Assembly (NCBI GenBank): GCA_965205675.1
Contig: OZ242186.1
Location: 224,001-288,000 of the forward strand
DNA from: Nitrosopumilus sp.
Lineage (GTDB): Archaea; Thermoproteota; Nitrososphaeria; Nitrososphaerales; Nitrosopumilaceae
Length of the DNA stretch: 64,000 nucleotides
Direction: 5' to 3'
Shown: piece by piece, positions 62,080-64,000 of the stretch
Layout: every line of letters begins with the position of its first letter
Position numbering within the stretch: position 1 is the first letter of the stretch
Notes under the pieces: generated by a model
What the model was told of the DNA's origin: nothing
Seen by the model: the letters and a program-made list of their open reading frames with translations, nothing else
Database searches by the model: none
Position numbers and translations under genes: made by a program

Positions 62080-62321
62080 TATTCTATCACCTTTAATGCA
62101 ACTTGGATATGTTCCATTACTTCATCAATTGTACTGGTTAACTGTTTCATATTCTTTTTACTTTGAAAATTAAAAACTAGTTTGTCATCAATATTTTCAA
62201 CATAAAGACTCAATCCCTCTGGAAAATCTACGTTGTCTGGCTCTAAGGCTTTTTTTACCGTTTTGGCTTTCTCTCTTGATATATTATTGAGAATTACCTG
62301 GACTTGACACATTAACGACAT
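62079..62321 (-). CDS. pcc1: KEOPS subunit Pcc1
   Basis: ALEPDN motif, about 80 aa, in the conserved S15-RecJ-Pcc1-S3Ae gene order. Confidence 0.8.
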   Translation of the reverse strand: MSLMCQVQVILNNISREKAKTVKKALEPDNVDFPEGLSLYVENIDDKLVFNFQSKKNMKQLTSTIDEVMEHIQVALKVIE

Positions 62322-63705
62322 TTACTTCTAAATAGTTAAGAAATTCATCCAATTTGTCTTTAGTTATTTTTGCTCCCGCAGCAGCGTTATGACCTCCTCC
62401 GATACCATCAAATTTCTCAGCACCTGTTCTCATTATTTCACTTAGATTGATATCTGATTTGCATCCGAAAGCTTTTCTTGATGAGAATTTTATTGTATTC
62501 TCTTCTGCTTTGGTTCTCAATATTACAATTTTTCCTGAATTTTTTGGAGATCCTGCAATTAATGATGAAATTGTACCAGTCATTGTTTCTGGAACTACAT
62601 CTTCCCCATTTACCATGATACATGTCTCACTTTCTGAAATTCGCCATCTCTCATTTGATAAGATATTCATATATTCTCGAATCATTTTTCTATAATCTGT
62701 TAGAATAGTTTCAGCTTCTCTTAGCATCTTATTTCTATCTCCCATACATACTGCCATTCCAACTCCGGAACGATTAATCCTACCACATGAGTTTAACATG
62801 GTGGAAAATTCTCTTCCATCTCTCAAAAAACTTCTATTATCTTCTCTTGAAAATGTGTACGTATATCCAATTAATTCTGACATTATCTCAGTGGCATTTT
62901 TTCCAGCGGCAAATTTTGTAATTGATTCAATCACCAGTCTTTTTTCACCTTCATTTAGTTCTGCTGGAACTCTCCACCTCCCCTCTTCTTTAAGATCAAT
63001 TCCCGATGAATGTAGTAATGAAAGACATGTATCTCTATTCCAAGTCAATCCTTCAATAAATGGTTGTGATGTAAATGCTAAGGCATCAGCTAATGGCCTA
63101 GTTTCTCTTCCTACTAGTAGCAAATCTAAATCGATATCTACTAAACCCAACTCCTTTGCAGTATTGGCAATCTCAAAATTTTTACCTGTAAATGATTTTC
63201 TTTCTCCTTGGTCTTGTCTATCTCCTAGAGCAGATACAACTGCAATTGCAGACAAGTCTGAATTTCTTTCATCCATAGCTACAGATGCGAGATATGCCAT
63301 TCCTCCGGCACATATCGCAACTCCTCCATCAATTCCATATTTCCATGAATTAATGACATTTTGATTATCTATTTCTTCATCTGGAATTTGATGATGATCT
63401 AAAACTATCCAATTATCTCCTAATGTTTCATCCAACTCATTTGCAAAACCTCCTCCCAAATCCGTTATCACATGAAAATCTCTAGAATCCGTTTTCAACG
63501 ATTCTAGAACATTTTTACTAAATTCTTTTGATGTTCTAACTGTACAATTGGCGCCTGCTCTGATTAGGGCCTTGGTAATTATGCTTCCAGAAGTAAGTCC
63601 GTCACAATCAATATGAGTTGTAACAGAAATTGATTTTTTTGATTTTATACAATCTGAAATTTTATCTTTGAAAAATGAAAGTGATTCATCAAGTGATTTT
63701 GTCAT
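62284..63705 (-). CDS. DHH-family RecJ-like phosphoesterase
   Basis: HIDCDG, TDLG, LDHH and GGGH..AAG motifs. Confidence 0.92.
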   Translation of the reverse strand: MTKSLDESLSFFKDKISDCIKSKKSISVTTHIDCDGLTSGSIITKALIRAGANCTVRTSKEFSKNVLESLKTDSRDFHVITDLGGGFANELDETLGDNWIVLDHHQIPDEEIDNQNVINSWKYGIDGGVAICAGGMAYLASVAMDERNSDLSAIAVVSALGDRQDQGERKSFTGKNFEIANTAKELGLVDIDLDLLLVGRETRPLADALAFTSQPFIEGLTWNRDTCLSLLHSSGIDLKEEGRWRVPAELNEGEKRLVIESITKFAAGKNATEIMSELIGYTYTFSREDNRSFLRDGREFSTMLNSCGRINRSGVGMAVCMGDRNKMLREAETILTDYRKMIREYMNILSNERWRISESETCIMVNGEDVVPETMTGTISSLIAGSPKNSGKIVILRTKAEENTIKFSSRKAFGCKSDINLSEIMRTGAEKFDGIGGGHNAAAGAKITKDKLDEFLNYLEVNVVNVSSPGNSQ

Positions 63706-64000
63706 TACTCTAGTTGGGCAACTACGGATTTATACTTCCATGTTTTAGAAATTCTTCCAATTTTTTTGTAGTAGACTGATAGTCTGTGAACTTTGGCTTC
63801 AATTAATTCCAAAGATCTGACATTTCTGTTGTCTCCTTTGTTTGCCTTGAGGTGTTTCTGAAGACCTACTGCTTTTCTAACAATATTTTCAAGATCTTCA
63901 GGCATTTCAGCTTTTAAATCATTTTCCTCTAAAATTTGACCCATGCTCTTTTTGGTAATTGGTTTGATTAGAGGAATAGAATGTTGATCTCTGAGTTTAA
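63705..64000 (-). CDS. rps15: 30S ribosomal protein S15 (uS15), 5' part outside the window
   Basis: PEDL..L..KA..L.KHL..N..D...LELIEAK..RL..YYK motif. Confidence 0.95.
   Translation of the reverse strand, partial: KLRDQHSIPLIKPITKKSMGQILEENDLKAEMPEDLENIVRKAVGLQKHLKANKGDNRNVRSLELIEAKVHRLSVYYKKIGRISKTWKYKSVVAQLE

Overview
A low-GC chromosomal segment from an ammonia-oxidising archaeon (Nitrosopumilaceae-like, judged from gene content and protein sequence). It is mostly housekeeping: tetraether lipid synthesis (Tes-like radical SAM, geranylgeranyl reductase, thiolase/DUF35), class II RNR, purF, RNA processing and modification (Nep1, Rpp21, aTGT, Kae1/Bud32/Pcc1, Taw1, Dus), TBP, eS1, uS15, SerRS and tRNA-Gly(TCC). 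It carries a heavy load of IS elements, MITEs and pseudogenes: an intact IS66 splitting a glycosyltransferase, a TA-targeted MITE splitting yjbQ, IS630, IS481-like and IS5/IS982-like remnants, and a scar holding three different IS ends. The most interesting signals are (1) a wHTH + ATP-cone + catalytically dead class III RNR (NrdD) fusion near nrdJ, a candidate nucleotide-sensing regulator; (2) two unannotated C/D-box sRNA genes whose guides predict 2'-O-methylation of tRNA-Leu(CAA) C34 and of the 23S P-loop G2251 equivalent; (3) three tandem secreted TSP3-repeat genes with exact DNA-level shared blocks; and (4) a MoxR-AAA/vWA/PLP-rhodanese/ASCH operon. All calls are by eye from sequence motifs and no database searches were run.
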